Shown here: positions 29,625 through 39,640 of the stretch, one piece after another
How positions within the stretch are numbered: position 1 is the first letter of the stretch
Layout: each line of letters starts with the position of its first letter
DNA from: a bacterium
Lineage (GTDB): Bacteria; UBA8248
DNA: 64,000 bases
Assembly (NCBI GenBank): GCA_965213685.1
Contig: CBDBZY010000014.1
Coordinates: 1-64,000, forward strand
Direction of reading: 5' to 3'
The notes under the pieces: model-generated
Told to the model about the DNA's origin: nothing
Seen by the model: only the letters and a program-made list of their open reading frames with translations
The model's database searches: none
Position numbers and translations under genes: made by a program

Positions 29625-30311
29625 TTACCAAAAACGCTCGCGCACCAAGGTCCATATGGCGACGCCGCCGTCGCGCCACGTGATCTTCTTGCCCTCCGCA
29701 TACGTCCGCCCATAATAGGATATTGGAATCTCATAGACGCGCCACTTCCTCGCCTTGAGGATTTTCGCCGTGAACTCCGGCTCGAAATCAAACCCCCGCG
29801 CGCGGAGTTTGACGTCTTTCACGACCTCGCGCCGGAACATCTTGTAGCAGGTTTCCATGTCGGTGAGGGTGCAGTTGAACAAGAAATTGGCCAGAAACGT
29901 CAAAAGCCGGTTTCCCGCCTTGTGCCAGAACATGTGCACGCGCTGGGGCTTTCCGCCGAAGCGCGTCCCGTACACCACGTCCGCCACTCCCTGGCGGATG
30001 GGGGCGTACAAATCACAGAACTCGGAGGGGTCATACTCGAGGTCCGCATCCTGCACGACGATCACGTCCCCGCTCGCCGCCGCGAACCCATCGGCCACAG
30101 CGGCGCCCTTCCCCTCGTTCCGCGCCCTGTACATGACGCGCACGCCCTCTTTTTCGATTTCCGCCAGAATGTCCCGGGTGCCGTCCGTGCTGCCGTCATC
30201 CACGATGATCAGCTCGATGTTCATCGGCACCGCCCGGACCCGGGAGACTATCTCCCGAATCGTGTTCCGCTCGTTGTAGCACGGCATAACGACGCTCAAT
30301 AAATCCGTCAT
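29625..30311 (-). CDS. Glycosyltransferase family 2 (polyprenol-phosphate sugar synthase-like)
   Basis: LSVVMPCYNE, IVDDGSTDGT, N.GKGAA, QDADLEYDP, DMETCYK. Confidence 0.93.
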   Translation of the reverse strand: MTDLLSVVMPCYNERNTIREIVSRVRAVPMNIELIIVDDGSTDGTRDILAEIEKEGVRVMYRARNEGKGAAVADGFAAASGDVIVVQDADLEYDPSEFCDLYAPIRQGVADVVYGTRFGGKPQRVHMFWHKAGNRLLTFLANFLFNCTLTDMETCYKMFRREVVKDVKLRARGFDFEPEFTAKILKARKWRVYEIPISYYGRTYAEGKKITWRDGGVAIWTLVRERFW

Positions 30312-30752
30312 CCGCTCATCATCGCTCACCAGAGGTTTCCCCATCCAACAGACGCGCGCGGGGGGGCGTTCCGTCAGGCTCCCCCGCACCGCGCCATAGC
30401 CTCCTCATGGCGGCGTTCATGCTCCCCGTCCCCCCTTGCTCTCCCGCGTCTCGTCTCGTTGACGGCGCGCATCACGCTCCCATCCTGGGCCGTCCCGACG
30501 ACGAACGGACGCACGAAGCCAGGAGTCCGCTGTGTTTCGATGTCCATGTTCTCTCTCGCCAGGAACCTAACGCCTGCGGGGCGCGGGTGTCAACGCGCAG
30601 GCGGGGCGGGGCATGGGGCAAACGAACGCGCTGCCACGGCTTCCTCGCCGGCCCCCCGAGAGGTTCCCGACTTGGCAAGTCTTCCGCCGCATGAGAGTAT
30701 TCCCCCGTGCCATGAAACGTTTCTGGAGCGTCGCCAGCCCCGGGACAGCAGA

Positions 30753-31883
30753 ATGCCATCGCCCCTGACAGAGAGAATGAGGACGCTGTGCGCCCTGCCC
30801 GGCCCGCCCGGACACGAGGGCGCCGTGCGGGACGCCATCGCCGAGATGGTGCGCGGGAGCGCAAGCGCGCTGCGGCGCGACGCCATGGGCAACCTCATCG
30901 CCCGGCATGAGGCGGGCGCGGGCGTTCCCCATCTCGCCCTCGAATGCCATATGGATGAGGTCGGCCTCATCGTGACGGGCGTCGAGGCGGAAGGCGCCGT
31001 CCGCTTCGAGAAGGTGGGGCTCGTGGCGGACGCCGTCTTCCCGGGACGCGAGGTCGCGCTTCTGACGCCCGACGGGAGCCTTCACCGCGGCGTCGTCAAC
31101 GTCCGAAGCGGACACCTCCAGTCCCTCCAGGGGCAGGAGCACCCGGGCGTCGGGGAGATGTGGATAGACCTGGGCGCCTCGAGCGACAGGACGATCCGCG
31201 CCCTCGGGGTCGGGGCGGGAACGCCGGGCGTGTTCCACAGCCCCTTCACCCAACTCGCCGGCGGGGGCTGGAAGTCCAAGGCGGTGGACAATCGCTCGGG
31301 TTGCGCCCTGTGCGTCGAGGCGTTCATCCACACCGCCCACTCCCTGTCGGACAAGCTCCGCCTGAGCGCCGCCTTTTGCGTCCAGGAGGAAATCGGCGGG
31401 CGCGGCGCCTCCGTGCTGTCGCTGGCCGACCCGTCGGGGGCCGACGCGCCCTCCCTCGCCATCGTGCTCGACAACGTGCCCGCCGACGGCCCCGGACGCT
31501 CGGACGCCCGGGGGGCGAAGCTCGGCGCGGGGCCAGTCCTGAGGAGATACGACCACCAGCCCGCGAGCCTATACGGATACGTCACCCCGTCCGAACTCAT
31601 CCGGTGGGTAAAGGATACGGCGAGCGACGCCGGCGTGCCTCTGCAAGAGGACGTCTTCGTGGGCACCTTTCTGGATTCCGCCACCCTGAGCAAATCCCGG
31701 CCGGGCGGATTGCCCGCCGTGCCCATCAACCTGCCGAGGCGGTATTCCCATAGCCCGGCGGAGCTGTTCCTCGAATCCGACCTCGAGGCCGCAGCCGCCC
31801 TCATCGGCGCCCTGCTGCGCTCCGCCGCCGAGGGGGCGGCGCCGAACCTGCAGCGCGACCTCCTCGCGCCTGCGGATGCGTGA
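30753..31883 (+). CDS. M42 family metallopeptidase
   Basis: PG.EG.VR, D.MGN, HMDEVG, KAVDNR.G, VQEEIG.RGA, RYSHSP. Confidence 0.88.
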   Translation: MPSPLTERMRTLCALPGPPGHEGAVRDAIAEMVRGSASALRRDAMGNLIARHEAGAGVPHLALECHMDEVGLIVTGVEAEGAVRFEKVGLVADAVFPGREVALLTPDGSLHRGVVNVRSGHLQSLQGQEHPGVGEMWIDLGASSDRTIRALGVGAGTPGVFHSPFTQLAGGGWKSKAVDNRSGCALCVEAFIHTAHSLSDKLRLSAAFCVQEEIGGRGASVLSLADPSGADAPSLAIVLDNVPADGPGRSDARGAKLGAGPVLRRYDHQPASLYGYVTPSELIRWVKDTASDAGVPLQEDVFVGTFLDSATLSKSRPGGLPAVPINLPRRYSHSPAELFLESDLEAAAALIGALLRSAAEGAAPNLQRDLLAPADA

Positions 31884-31925
31884 GACTCCACGAAACCCCG
31901 CATCTCGTTGGGAGAGACGATTCCA

Positions 31926-32777
31926 GTGCCCACCACCATTCGCGTCGCGCACAGCCCGGATTCAGACGACGCCTTCATGTTCCACGCCCTGGCGAACGAG
32001 AAGATCGACACGGGAGCGTATGAATTCATCCACGAACTTCACGACATCGAAACGCTGAACCAGGCCGCCTTTCATGGCAAATACGAGGTGAGCGCCATCA
32101 GCTTTCACGCGTACTGCCACCTGGCCGACCGCTACGCCATTTTGCCGCACGGGGCGAGTTTCGGGGACGGCTACGGCCCCGTCGTCATCTCGCGTGAGCC
32201 GATGACGCCCGAATCGCTCCGGGACGCGGAAATCGCCATCCCCGGCTCCCTGACGACGGCGTATCTCGCGCTTCGCCTCTACCTCGGCGGCGAGGCGCCG
32301 AAACACCGCGTGACGCATTTTGACGACATCATGGACGAGGTGGAGAAGGGGGCGTCCCCGGCGGGACTCCTGATCCACGAGGGACAGCTCACCTATGAGG
32401 AGGAGGGCTTTCATCTGGTGGCGGATCTGGGCGCATGGTGGACTCGCGAAACCGGAGGCCCCCTGCCCCTGGGCTGCAACGTCATACGGAAAGACCTAGG
32501 GGCCGGGGTCGTGCGCGAGGTGAGCCGTCTTCTGCGCCAGAGCATCGTCTACGCCCTGGAGCATCGCGAGGAGGCGCTTGACTACGCCATGGCCTACGCC
32601 AGGGACCTCCCGCGCGAGAAGGCGGATGTTTTCGTCGGCATGTATGTCAACCAATGGACGCGCTCATACGGCGAAGCCGGGCGCAAGGCCGTCTCCACCC
32701 TGCTGGGCCGCGCGGCGGAGGCGGGCATCATCCCGCGCAGGATAGAGCCGGAGTTCGTATCCTCCACCGAGGACTGA
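31926..32777 (+). CDS. mqnD: 1,4-dihydroxy-6-naphthoate synthase (futalosine menaquinone pathway)
   Basis: VAHSPDSDDAFMF, DIETLN, G.GYGP, PG.LTTA, LIHEG.LTY, PLPLG, MYVN. Confidence 0.85.
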   Translation: MPTTIRVAHSPDSDDAFMFHALANEKIDTGAYEFIHELHDIETLNQAAFHGKYEVSAISFHAYCHLADRYAILPHGASFGDGYGPVVISREPMTPESLRDAEIAIPGSLTTAYLALRLYLGGEAPKHRVTHFDDIMDEVEKGASPAGLLIHEGQLTYEEEGFHLVADLGAWWTRETGGPLPLGCNVIRKDLGAGVVREVSRLLRQSIVYALEHREEALDYAMAYARDLPREKADVFVGMYVNQWTRSYGEAGRKAVSTLLGRAAEAGIIPRRIEPEFVSSTED

Positions 32778-32795
32778 AGAAGCGGAGGCGCATGT

Positions 32796-33179
32796 ATGCT
32801 CGAGGGGCTGCACCACATATCGGTCGCCGTCCACGACCTGGAGGAGGCGCGCGATTTCTACGCCGGCCTGCTGGAACTCGCGGAAATTGATCGGCCGATG
32901 CTGCCGAACCCCGGCTACTGGTTCCAGGCGGGGGCCTGCCAACTCCATCTCACGGGCCGTGAGAGCGGGGCGGGCGGGACGGCCATTCCCGGCACCGGGG
33001 CCGGCGAAACCCATTTCGCCTTCGCTGCACCGGACCTCGAACCCGTGAAGCGGAGGCTGGAAACGGCGGGCGTCGACGTCCAGGACGGAATCAACGCCAG
33101 GCTCGGAATGCGGCAGCTGTTTTTCCGGGATCCCTCGGACAACCTGGTCGAGGTATTTTGCGCGCTGGCGGAATCGTGA
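32796..33179 (+). CDS. VOC (glyoxalase) family protein
   Basis: LHHIS..V.DL..A..FY...L, HFAF, QLFFRDP..N.VE. Confidence 0.88.
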   Translation: MLEGLHHISVAVHDLEEARDFYAGLLELAEIDRPMLPNPGYWFQAGACQLHLTGRESGAGGTAIPGTGAGETHFAFAAPDLEPVKRRLETAGVDVQDGINARLGMRQLFFRDPSDNLVEVFCALAES

Positions 33180-33393
33180 CCCCGGCTTTCGGATCGGCAC
33201 AGACCGCAATCCGGCGCAGCGTCCCCGGCTTCCGGCGGGGTGGCGGCGTGCGGGGCCGGAGCGGGAGAAGAAGAAACGGCCGCGCGCGCATATTCTCCCC
33301 GCCAAACGCGGCGGCACCGGAGGCCGGAATGGCGATGCAGACCCGCTGTGCCACACAGCCCGGGCGGGCGGCCACTCTCCCCCTCCGCGCTTG

Positions 33394-33816
33394 ATGCGAA
33401 ACACATATCCGCAGGCGGCGGCCGCACCCTGGCGAAAGGCGGGGACGCGGCTCGAAATCCTGCTCATCACCCCGCGCGACGCCCCCCGGTGCGGTCATCT
33501 CCGGTGGATACTGCCCCAGGGCGGCGTCGAGCCCGGGCAAACCGCCCGGGAGGCCGCCATCGCCGAAGCCTGGGAGGAGGCGGGCGTTCGAGGGGTGGCG
33601 TCACAGGAGGCGTTCGCGCATTATGAATATGAGAGCGGCACAGGCCGGTGCCGCGTCCACGTCTTCGCCCTCGAGGTGCGGGTCGTGGAGGGGGACTGGC
33701 CCGAGCGTAACGACAGAAGACGCCTTTGGCTGCCTTACGAAGAAGCCTTGCGAGCCATTTCCGGAAAAACGCTACAGGACGCCCTGAAAAGGTTTCCCCG
33801 AAAGCGCATCCTGTAA
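33394..33816 (+). CDS. NUDIX hydrolase
   Basis: WILP.GG.E.GQT..EAA..EAWEEAG Nudix box; WPE...R.R.W. Confidence 0.88.
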   Translation: MRNTYPQAAAAPWRKAGTRLEILLITPRDAPRCGHLRWILPQGGVEPGQTAREAAIAEAWEEAGVRGVASQEAFAHYEYESGTGRCRVHVFALEVRVVEGDWPERNDRRRLWLPYEEALRAISGKTLQDALKRFPRKRIL

Positions 33817-33912
33817 TCATATCATCCCATGACGCAACCGAAGGCTTTCGCGCCGCGCTCGTCTCATCCCGGCTTCGGGCAAATTCCTGCTCGCCCCAGA
33901 CGTCCTTCGCCG

Positions 33913-35292
33913 TCAGGCGGCCCCGCACGCGCTCATCAGGGCGCTCGCATCTGGTGCCGCATCGAACGCCAGAGCGGATTCCACGGCGGAATCGACGCAT
34001 TCGGGGGAGAGGACGCGGCCCGCATTCCCGCGAAACTTGGCCTCGACGTCCGCCCATTCCATCGGGTTTTCCGGATTTCCCCAGTTAATCGGCTCATCGC
34101 GCGAGAACGCGCGGCCGTCCCGGAGCGTCATCCGCACGCCGCCATGGAGATACCTGGGGAACCGATCGGAATGCACGCCCCGACAGCTGACCTTTCCGGC
34201 CACCTCGAGCACCCGGGCGTCGCCTAGGTGCCGCTCCTCAAAATCCTCGAGCGTCGCCCGGCCCTTCACCAGGTTGACCGCCAGGCAGTAGGGCAAACTG
34301 AAAAGCGCCGCGTACGACGTGTTGGGCCTGCGCTTGTGCGCGATGGGCTCGCACACGATGTGGAGAACCGGCTCGGGCGTGATGGTCTCGACCTCGGCGA
34401 TTTCATCGAGGGCGATCCCCGCCTCTCGCACCAGATTTTTCGCCGCATCCATCGTCGCATGATTAAAGTGGCAGCAAGGATAGGGCTTGAAGGAAATGCG
34501 CAGCGTCTCCCAACGCTCGCCGAGTCCGCCCGCCAGGACTTCCGGGTCATAGGCCGGCGCGCGCAAATGGGTGGCGTAGAGGCCGAACCTGCCCTCCAGC
34601 ACCTTTCGGGGGCCGATGAACCCGTGGCCCGCCATCTGGGCGGCCGTGACGCCGCCGTGCGCCGCCCAACCCGGATGAAAGCGCTTCACCCAGCTTCCAT
34701 CGTCCAGGAACTCCTGTATCCCCGCCGCCTGGCTTCCGCACACGCCAAACGCATGGGCGATGACGGCCGGTGCCTGCTTCATCAACCGCCCCGCGACGGC
34801 GGCCGCCCCGAAGGCGCCGCATATGGGCGTGGCGTGGTAGCCCTCGGCATGAAACGCCCCCGGCACCGCGCCCCCGATTCGGGCGATGACCTCGTAGCCC
34901 GCCACCATGGCCGTCAGAATCTCCCTGCCGCTCGCGCCCACGGCCTCCCCGACGGCCAGCGCGGCGGGCACCACGCAGGCGCTCATGTGGGTGATCGAGT
35001 CCGTATGGGTGTCGTCAAAATCGAGGCCATGCACGTAGCTGCCGTTCACCATGGCAGCGTGCGCGGCCGGCAGCCGATCCCCGTGGCGCCAGACGGTGGA
35101 CTGGGGCTTGCCGCCCCAATCGCGCGCCGTCTCCGTCACCGCCTCGGCGTATGGCTCCCGCGTCGCGGCGAGGCCTATCCCGAGGGCGTCGAGAAGATGG
35201 CGCTTCGCCTTCTCGAGCACCCCCCCGGGAATATCCGCGGGCGAGAGGTTCGCGGCAAAGCGCGCCAGCTTGTCGCTCATCGTGTCCGTCAT
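33913..35292 (-). CDS. MmgE/PrpD family protein (paralog 3)
   Basis: HGLDFDDTH, G.HATPICG, VKRFHPG, FKPYPCC, LFSLPY; CAGGAG RBS. Confidence 0.9.
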   Translation of the reverse strand: MTDTMSDKLARFAANLSPADIPGGVLEKAKRHLLDALGIGLAATREPYAEAVTETARDWGGKPQSTVWRHGDRLPAAHAAMVNGSYVHGLDFDDTHTDSITHMSACVVPAALAVGEAVGASGREILTAMVAGYEVIARIGGAVPGAFHAEGYHATPICGAFGAAAVAGRLMKQAPAVIAHAFGVCGSQAAGIQEFLDDGSWVKRFHPGWAAHGGVTAAQMAGHGFIGPRKVLEGRFGLYATHLRAPAYDPEVLAGGLGERWETLRISFKPYPCCHFNHATMDAAKNLVREAGIALDEIAEVETITPEPVLHIVCEPIAHKRRPNTSYAALFSLPYCLAVNLVKGRATLEDFEERHLGDARVLEVAGKVSCRGVHSDRFPRYLHGGVRMTLRDGRAFSRDEPINWGNPENPMEWADVEAKFRGNAGRVLSPECVDSAVESALAFDAAPDASALMSACGAA

Positions 35293-35342
35293 GTCCGTCT
35301 CCTGATGCCCATGGGGGGGAGGGAGCGCGCGCGGCCCCGAAT

Positions 35343-36707
35343 CTAGGCGAGACGCGCCGTCAAAGCCCCCAGCGTCTCCATCTCGTCCAAACCGGAAATG
35401 GCCGCTATCAGCGCGTCCTGGGAGTCGGGGGAGACCAGGCCGCCCGTCATCTGCCTGAATTTCTCCGCCACCATGCCGAAATCCATCGGGTTCTGGGGCG
35501 ATCCCCTGGGGCCCGCGACACGGCTCCGCAACTCCCGGCCGTCCCGGGTGCGAATCACCACTTTCGCGGGAAAGGTTTGGGGATAGAGGCGCTCGATCTC
35601 GGGGTCCACCGTGAACCGCGCCCGCCTGGCCAGCGCTACCAGCCCCGGGTCGGCGATGCGCTCCAGCGCGAACTGCGCGGGTCCCGCCTCCCCGTCGGCG
35701 AGTGCGACCGCGGCGCAATACTCGATGTTCATCTGCGCCCGAAGCGAACTGACGGGTTCATACCGCCAGGAGCATTGCTGCTTCACCACGCTGTGGTTCA
35801 ATATCTCCATTTCGCGCACGTCATCCGGTGCGACGCCGTGCTCCCGGCGCAGCGCGAGAACGGCGTCAATGGTCGAGTGGGTGCTCCCGCAGCAACAATA
35901 GGGCTTGAAGGAAACTCCCTCCGCCTCCCACCGAACGCCCAAATCCTGCGTGAGAGGCGCCGGTGTTCCGCAGCCGCTGAACGCCGACAGAAACCCCCCG
36001 TCCCCATACTCGAAAATCTCGCTCGGCCCGGTATAGCCGCGTCCGGCGAGAGAGGCGGCCATGAGGCCGCTCTGGGCCGCGCGCCCCGCGTGGAAACGCT
36101 TCGTCTCCGAGCCGTCGCACTGGAAGGCCCATGTGCCGGCGCCCTGGGTGCCCGCCAGGCCCAGGGCGTTGGCCGTCTCCTCCGGGCCCAACGCCATCAG
36201 ACGGGCCGCGGCGGCCGCCGCTCCGAAAGGCCCGCACAGGCCCGTCAGGTGAAATCCCCGCCTGCGCACCTCGAGGGCGTCGGCGGCGATGCTCGCGCGG
36301 ATCATGGTCTCATAGCCGGCGGCGCAAGCCGTCAGGAACCTCCGCCCGCTCGCCCCCATCTTCTCCGCAAGCGGATACGCGGCGGCGAAAACCACGGCGC
36401 CCGGGTGGAGCTTCGCGCCGCTGTGGTAATCGTCGAGCTCGAACGCGTGCATCCAGGTGCCCAGGCAAAGCGCGACGGGCCCCGCCGGGCCGCGCCAGCC
36501 GCTCCTCCAGAGGGTGGCCTCCGCGTTTCCGCCCTGCTCCCGGACGAATCGGGCGAGTATCTTCCCCGACTCCGTGGTGGCGCCGAACAGACCGCAGCCC
36601 ACGGCGTCCAGGAAATACTTCCGCATGCAGGAGCGCAAACCCTCGGAGAGCGCGTCGTCCGGGAGGCCGCTGATGAACTGGGCGAGTTCGCGCGTATGGC
36701 CGCTCAT
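35343..36707 (-). CDS. MmgE/PrpD family protein (paralog 4)
   Basis: HAFELDDYH...LHPG, RGFHLTG.CG, TKRFHAG, FKPYCCC; ATGA overlap with the upstream lyase gene. Confidence 0.9.
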   Translation of the reverse strand: MSGHTRELAQFISGLPDDALSEGLRSCMRKYFLDAVGCGLFGATTESGKILARFVREQGGNAEATLWRSGWRGPAGPVALCLGTWMHAFELDDYHSGAKLHPGAVVFAAAYPLAEKMGASGRRFLTACAAGYETMIRASIAADALEVRRRGFHLTGLCGPFGAAAAAARLMALGPEETANALGLAGTQGAGTWAFQCDGSETKRFHAGRAAQSGLMAASLAGRGYTGPSEIFEYGDGGFLSAFSGCGTPAPLTQDLGVRWEAEGVSFKPYCCCGSTHSTIDAVLALRREHGVAPDDVREMEILNHSVVKQQCSWRYEPVSSLRAQMNIEYCAAVALADGEAGPAQFALERIADPGLVALARRARFTVDPEIERLYPQTFPAKVVIRTRDGRELRSRVAGPRGSPQNPMDFGMVAEKFRQMTGGLVSPDSQDALIAAISGLDEMETLGALTARLA

Positions 36708-37594
36708 TCTCCCCCGCCTTGCTCCGCCGGCAGATACGCCGCTTCCATCGCATGATAAGCGTCATAGTCCAGGAGCCGGTAGAGCGCCTCGCGCGTCATC
36801 ATGTTGTCCAGATACCCCGCCATCGTGCCCCTCTCCCTGAGCTCATCGAGCAGCAGCTCCCCCGCCCTGAGCATCGCGCGCATGATGCTCACCGGGAACA
36901 GGACGAGCTTATACCCCATCTCCGCAAAATCCGCCCGGGGGATGTGGGGGGTTTTGCCGAACTCCGTCATGTTGGCGAGCAAGGGCCCCGGGCAGCGCTC
37001 CGCATACTCGGCAAACTCGTCGCGCGTCTCCAGGGCCTCGATGAAAACGACGTCGGCACCGGCGTCGAGTGCTGCCTTCCCCCGCGCAACGGCCTCTTCC
37101 ATGCCATGGGTATATTTGGCGTCAATTCGCGCCATGATCGCGAAATCCGGGTCTGTGCGATGATCGGCGGCGGCGCGGATTTTCCCCACGAACTCCGCGC
37201 GGCTCACCACTCGCTTGCCGTCCACGTGGCCGCACCGCTTGGGCAGCACCTGGTCTTCCAGCTGAACGCACGCCACGCCCGCCCTCTCGAAATCCCGCAC
37301 CGTGCGCACGACGTTCACCGCGTTGCCATAGCCGGCATCCGCATCCACCACCAGCGGGAGGTCCACGGCATCCGCCATGTATCTTGCGTTCATCAACGCC
37401 TCGGTCGAGGACGCCAGTCCGTTGTCGGGCAGCCCGGTGAGCGCGTTCGCCACGCCCGCACCCGACATGTAGACGGCCTCGAACCCCTTGGAGGCTATGA
37501 GCCGGGCCGTGAGGGCGTCGTGCGCACCGGGGATGACGGTCGCCCCTGGCCGCCCAAGGAGGCCCCGGAATTTTTTTCGCACGGAATCGACCAT
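36704..37594 (-). CDS. prpB: 2-methylisocitrate lyase (ICL/PEP mutase family)
   Basis: PGAHD, YMSG.G, DADAGYG, EDQV.PKRCGH, NMTEFGKTP. Confidence 0.78.
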   Translation of the reverse strand: MVDSVRKKFRGLLGRPGATVIPGAHDALTARLIASKGFEAVYMSGAGVANALTGLPDNGLASSTEALMNARYMADAVDLPLVVDADAGYGNAVNVVRTVRDFERAGVACVQLEDQVLPKRCGHVDGKRVVSRAEFVGKIRAAADHRTDPDFAIMARIDAKYTHGMEEAVARGKAALDAGADVVFIEALETRDEFAEYAERCPGPLLANMTEFGKTPHIPRADFAEMGYKLVLFPVSIMRAMLRAGELLLDELRERGTMAGYLDNMMTREALYRLLDYDAYHAMEAAYLPAEQGGGE

Positions 37595-37692
37595 ATACCC
37601 TTCCTTCCGGACGCCAGCGTGATGGGAGGCAAGCGCCTCCATTTTTTCAGAATTCCCGGCGTCTCGCCAGCACCCGGGGGCCTGGCCGCGCC

Positions 37693-37723
37693 TTGACAGG
37701 CGGGTGGCGGAAAATGGCATAAT
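37693..37723 (+). promoter_or_regulatory. Putative sigma70 promoter for the TPR gene
   Basis: TTGACA-19 bp-CATAAT with a TG extended -10. Confidence 0.45.
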
Positions 37724-37774
37724 TTCCCTTGGCTGCACGACCGTATGCGATGGATGAAGGAGAGGCGGGACAAC

Positions 37775-38311
37775 ATGGCGAACGAATTTGAAGGCGTGAG
37801 TTTCGATGAGAAGTACAAAGACGAGGCGCGGGTCAACCCCGACCTCAAGCGCGCCCTGGATCTCTTGAGCAAAGGCGGCTTCGCCCACGCCGAGGGCGAC
37901 CTCGACAAGGCCATCGAGCTGTATCGGGACTCCATCGCCTACTACCCCACCGCCGACGCGCACACCTACCTGGGCTGGATGTACAGCAAACAGGGCCGCC
38001 TCGAGGAGGCGATCGAGGAGTGCCACATGGCCATCGAGGTCGACGATGAGTTCGGCAACCCCTACAACGACATTGGCTGCTACCTGATGCAGCTGGGCGA
38101 ACTCGACGAGGCGGCTGAATGGCTCGAAAAAGCAAAATCCGCCCCGAGGTACGAGCCGCGCCACTTTCCCTACATGAACCTGGGGCGCATCTACCTTCAA
38201 AGAGGGAGATACGGCAAGGCGAAAGGGGAGATTTACGAGGCGATCCGGCAGGCACCCGACGTGGAGGGCCTGAAAAAAAGCTTCCTGGAGCTGGTCTCCC
38301 TCCTCCACTGA
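37775..38311 (+). CDS. Tetratricopeptide repeat protein
   Basis: Repeated TPR pattern (AHTYLGW.YS..G.LEEAIEEC..AI..D..FGNPYNDIG.YL, PYMNLGRIY). Confidence 0.88.
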   Translation: MANEFEGVSFDEKYKDEARVNPDLKRALDLLSKGGFAHAEGDLDKAIELYRDSIAYYPTADAHTYLGWMYSKQGRLEEAIEECHMAIEVDDEFGNPYNDIGCYLMQLGELDEAAEWLEKAKSAPRYEPRHFPYMNLGRIYLQRGRYGKAKGEIYEAIRQAPDVEGLKKSFLELVSLLH

Positions 38312-38516
38312 AACCGAAGCCAACCATCGGCAGCGAAAAATTGCGGGTAGCCGCGCGTCGCCTGTGAAACCTCAGGCCATCCGTTCGCTGGTCATGGCGT
38401 CGCCCCCTCTGCTATCTTGGCGGCGTCCGCACTGCCGTCGAGGCTTCGCGGGCGCAGGTTTTCCTCCTCGGGAGGTTTTTCTCGGGAGGCAACCTGTTCA
38501 GGGTCGGGAAAACGGC

Positions 38517-39542
38517 ATGGAGAGGAGGGGGAGAACCGTGCGCAAACAGATTCCGGCGGCCTGCCTCGTTGCGTGTCTCGCCGTTCTGGGGAGTAGCGCG
38601 CCCGTGCGCGGCGGCGAGGTCACCGTCGGCTACCAGCCGATTTACAACCCGTGGAAGGCGGCCATCGTCGACGGCACATTCGAGAGAGCGACCGGCTACC
38701 GTATCCACTGGCGGAAATTCGACTCGGGCAGGGCGGCCATCCACGCGATGGCGTCGGGCGAGGTGCAAGTCGCACTCGCCGGGTCCAGCCCCATCGCCGC
38801 CGGCGTCAGCCGCAATCTCCCGATCCAGCTGTTCTGGATCGCGGAGGACATCGCCGCGTCGGAGGCGCTGGTGGTACGCAACGGCGCGGGCATCCATGCG
38901 CCCCAGGACCTCCGGGGGAAACGCCTCGGCGTCCCGTTCGGCTCCACCACGCATTTCCACGCCCTGTTCGCGCTCGAGCAGTTTGGCATCCCCCCGAAGG
39001 GCGTGCGCATCCTCGACATGCAGCCGCCCGGGATCGCCGCTGCGTGGGAGCGGGGCGACATCGACGCCGCGTTCGTATGGAACCCCGTGCTTGCGCAGAT
39101 CAAGAAAAGCGGCAAGGTGCTCATCACCTCAGGCCTGCTTTCGGGGTGGGGCAAAGCGACGTTCGACGGGATGATCGTGCACAAAAAATTCGGCGCCGCC
39201 CACCCGGGCTTCATGTGCAGGTTCATTCAAGTGCTCGCGGCCGCGCATGCGCGCTATCGGTCGAACCCGGAGAGTTTCGGACCCGGCACGGCGAGCGCGA
39301 GGAGGATCGCCGACTTCATCGGCGGCGCGCCGGACGACGTGAGGGCGGCGCTCGACCTCTACGTTTTTCCCACCCTGGAGGAGCAAGCCTCGGCGCGGTG
39401 GATGGGAGGTGCCGCGCACACCCTTCGCTCCACAGCCGAGTTTCTTCTGGGGCAAAAGAAGATCCGGCAGCTGCTGCCCGACTATGGGGCCGCCGTCAAC
39501 GACGCGCACGTCAAGGCGGCCCTCGCCGGCTGCCGCGCCTGA
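38517..39542 (+). CDS. tauA: Taurine-type ABC transporter substrate-binding protein
   Basis: Signal peptide; VTVGYQ...P, WRKFDSG, GSSP, EALVVR, VPF.STTH, ID.A.VW.P; start could be GTG 38538. Confidence 0.78.
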   Translation: MERRGRTVRKQIPAACLVACLAVLGSSAPVRGGEVTVGYQPIYNPWKAAIVDGTFERATGYRIHWRKFDSGRAAIHAMASGEVQVALAGSSPIAAGVSRNLPIQLFWIAEDIAASEALVVRNGAGIHAPQDLRGKRLGVPFGSTTHFHALFALEQFGIPPKGVRILDMQPPGIAAAWERGDIDAAFVWNPVLAQIKKSGKVLITSGLLSGWGKATFDGMIVHKKFGAAHPGFMCRFIQVLAAAHARYRSNPESFGPGTASARRIADFIGGAPDDVRAALDLYVFPTLEEQASARWMGGAAHTLRSTAEFLLGQKKIRQLLPDYGAAVNDAHVKAALAGCRA

Positions 39543-39640
39543 CCGCCGGAAGGAGGGGGGAGAGAGGGGACAACGAGAAAGGTCGACCCGCCCCCCCAGG
39601 CGGCGTTCATGGCCCGTCGTTTGCAGTTCGCTCCCCGAAT

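Noticed and set aside
30330-30750. Short ORFs between the GT2 and M42 genes
   Set aside because: No recognisable motifs and conflicting overlapping frames; probably a divergent promoter region
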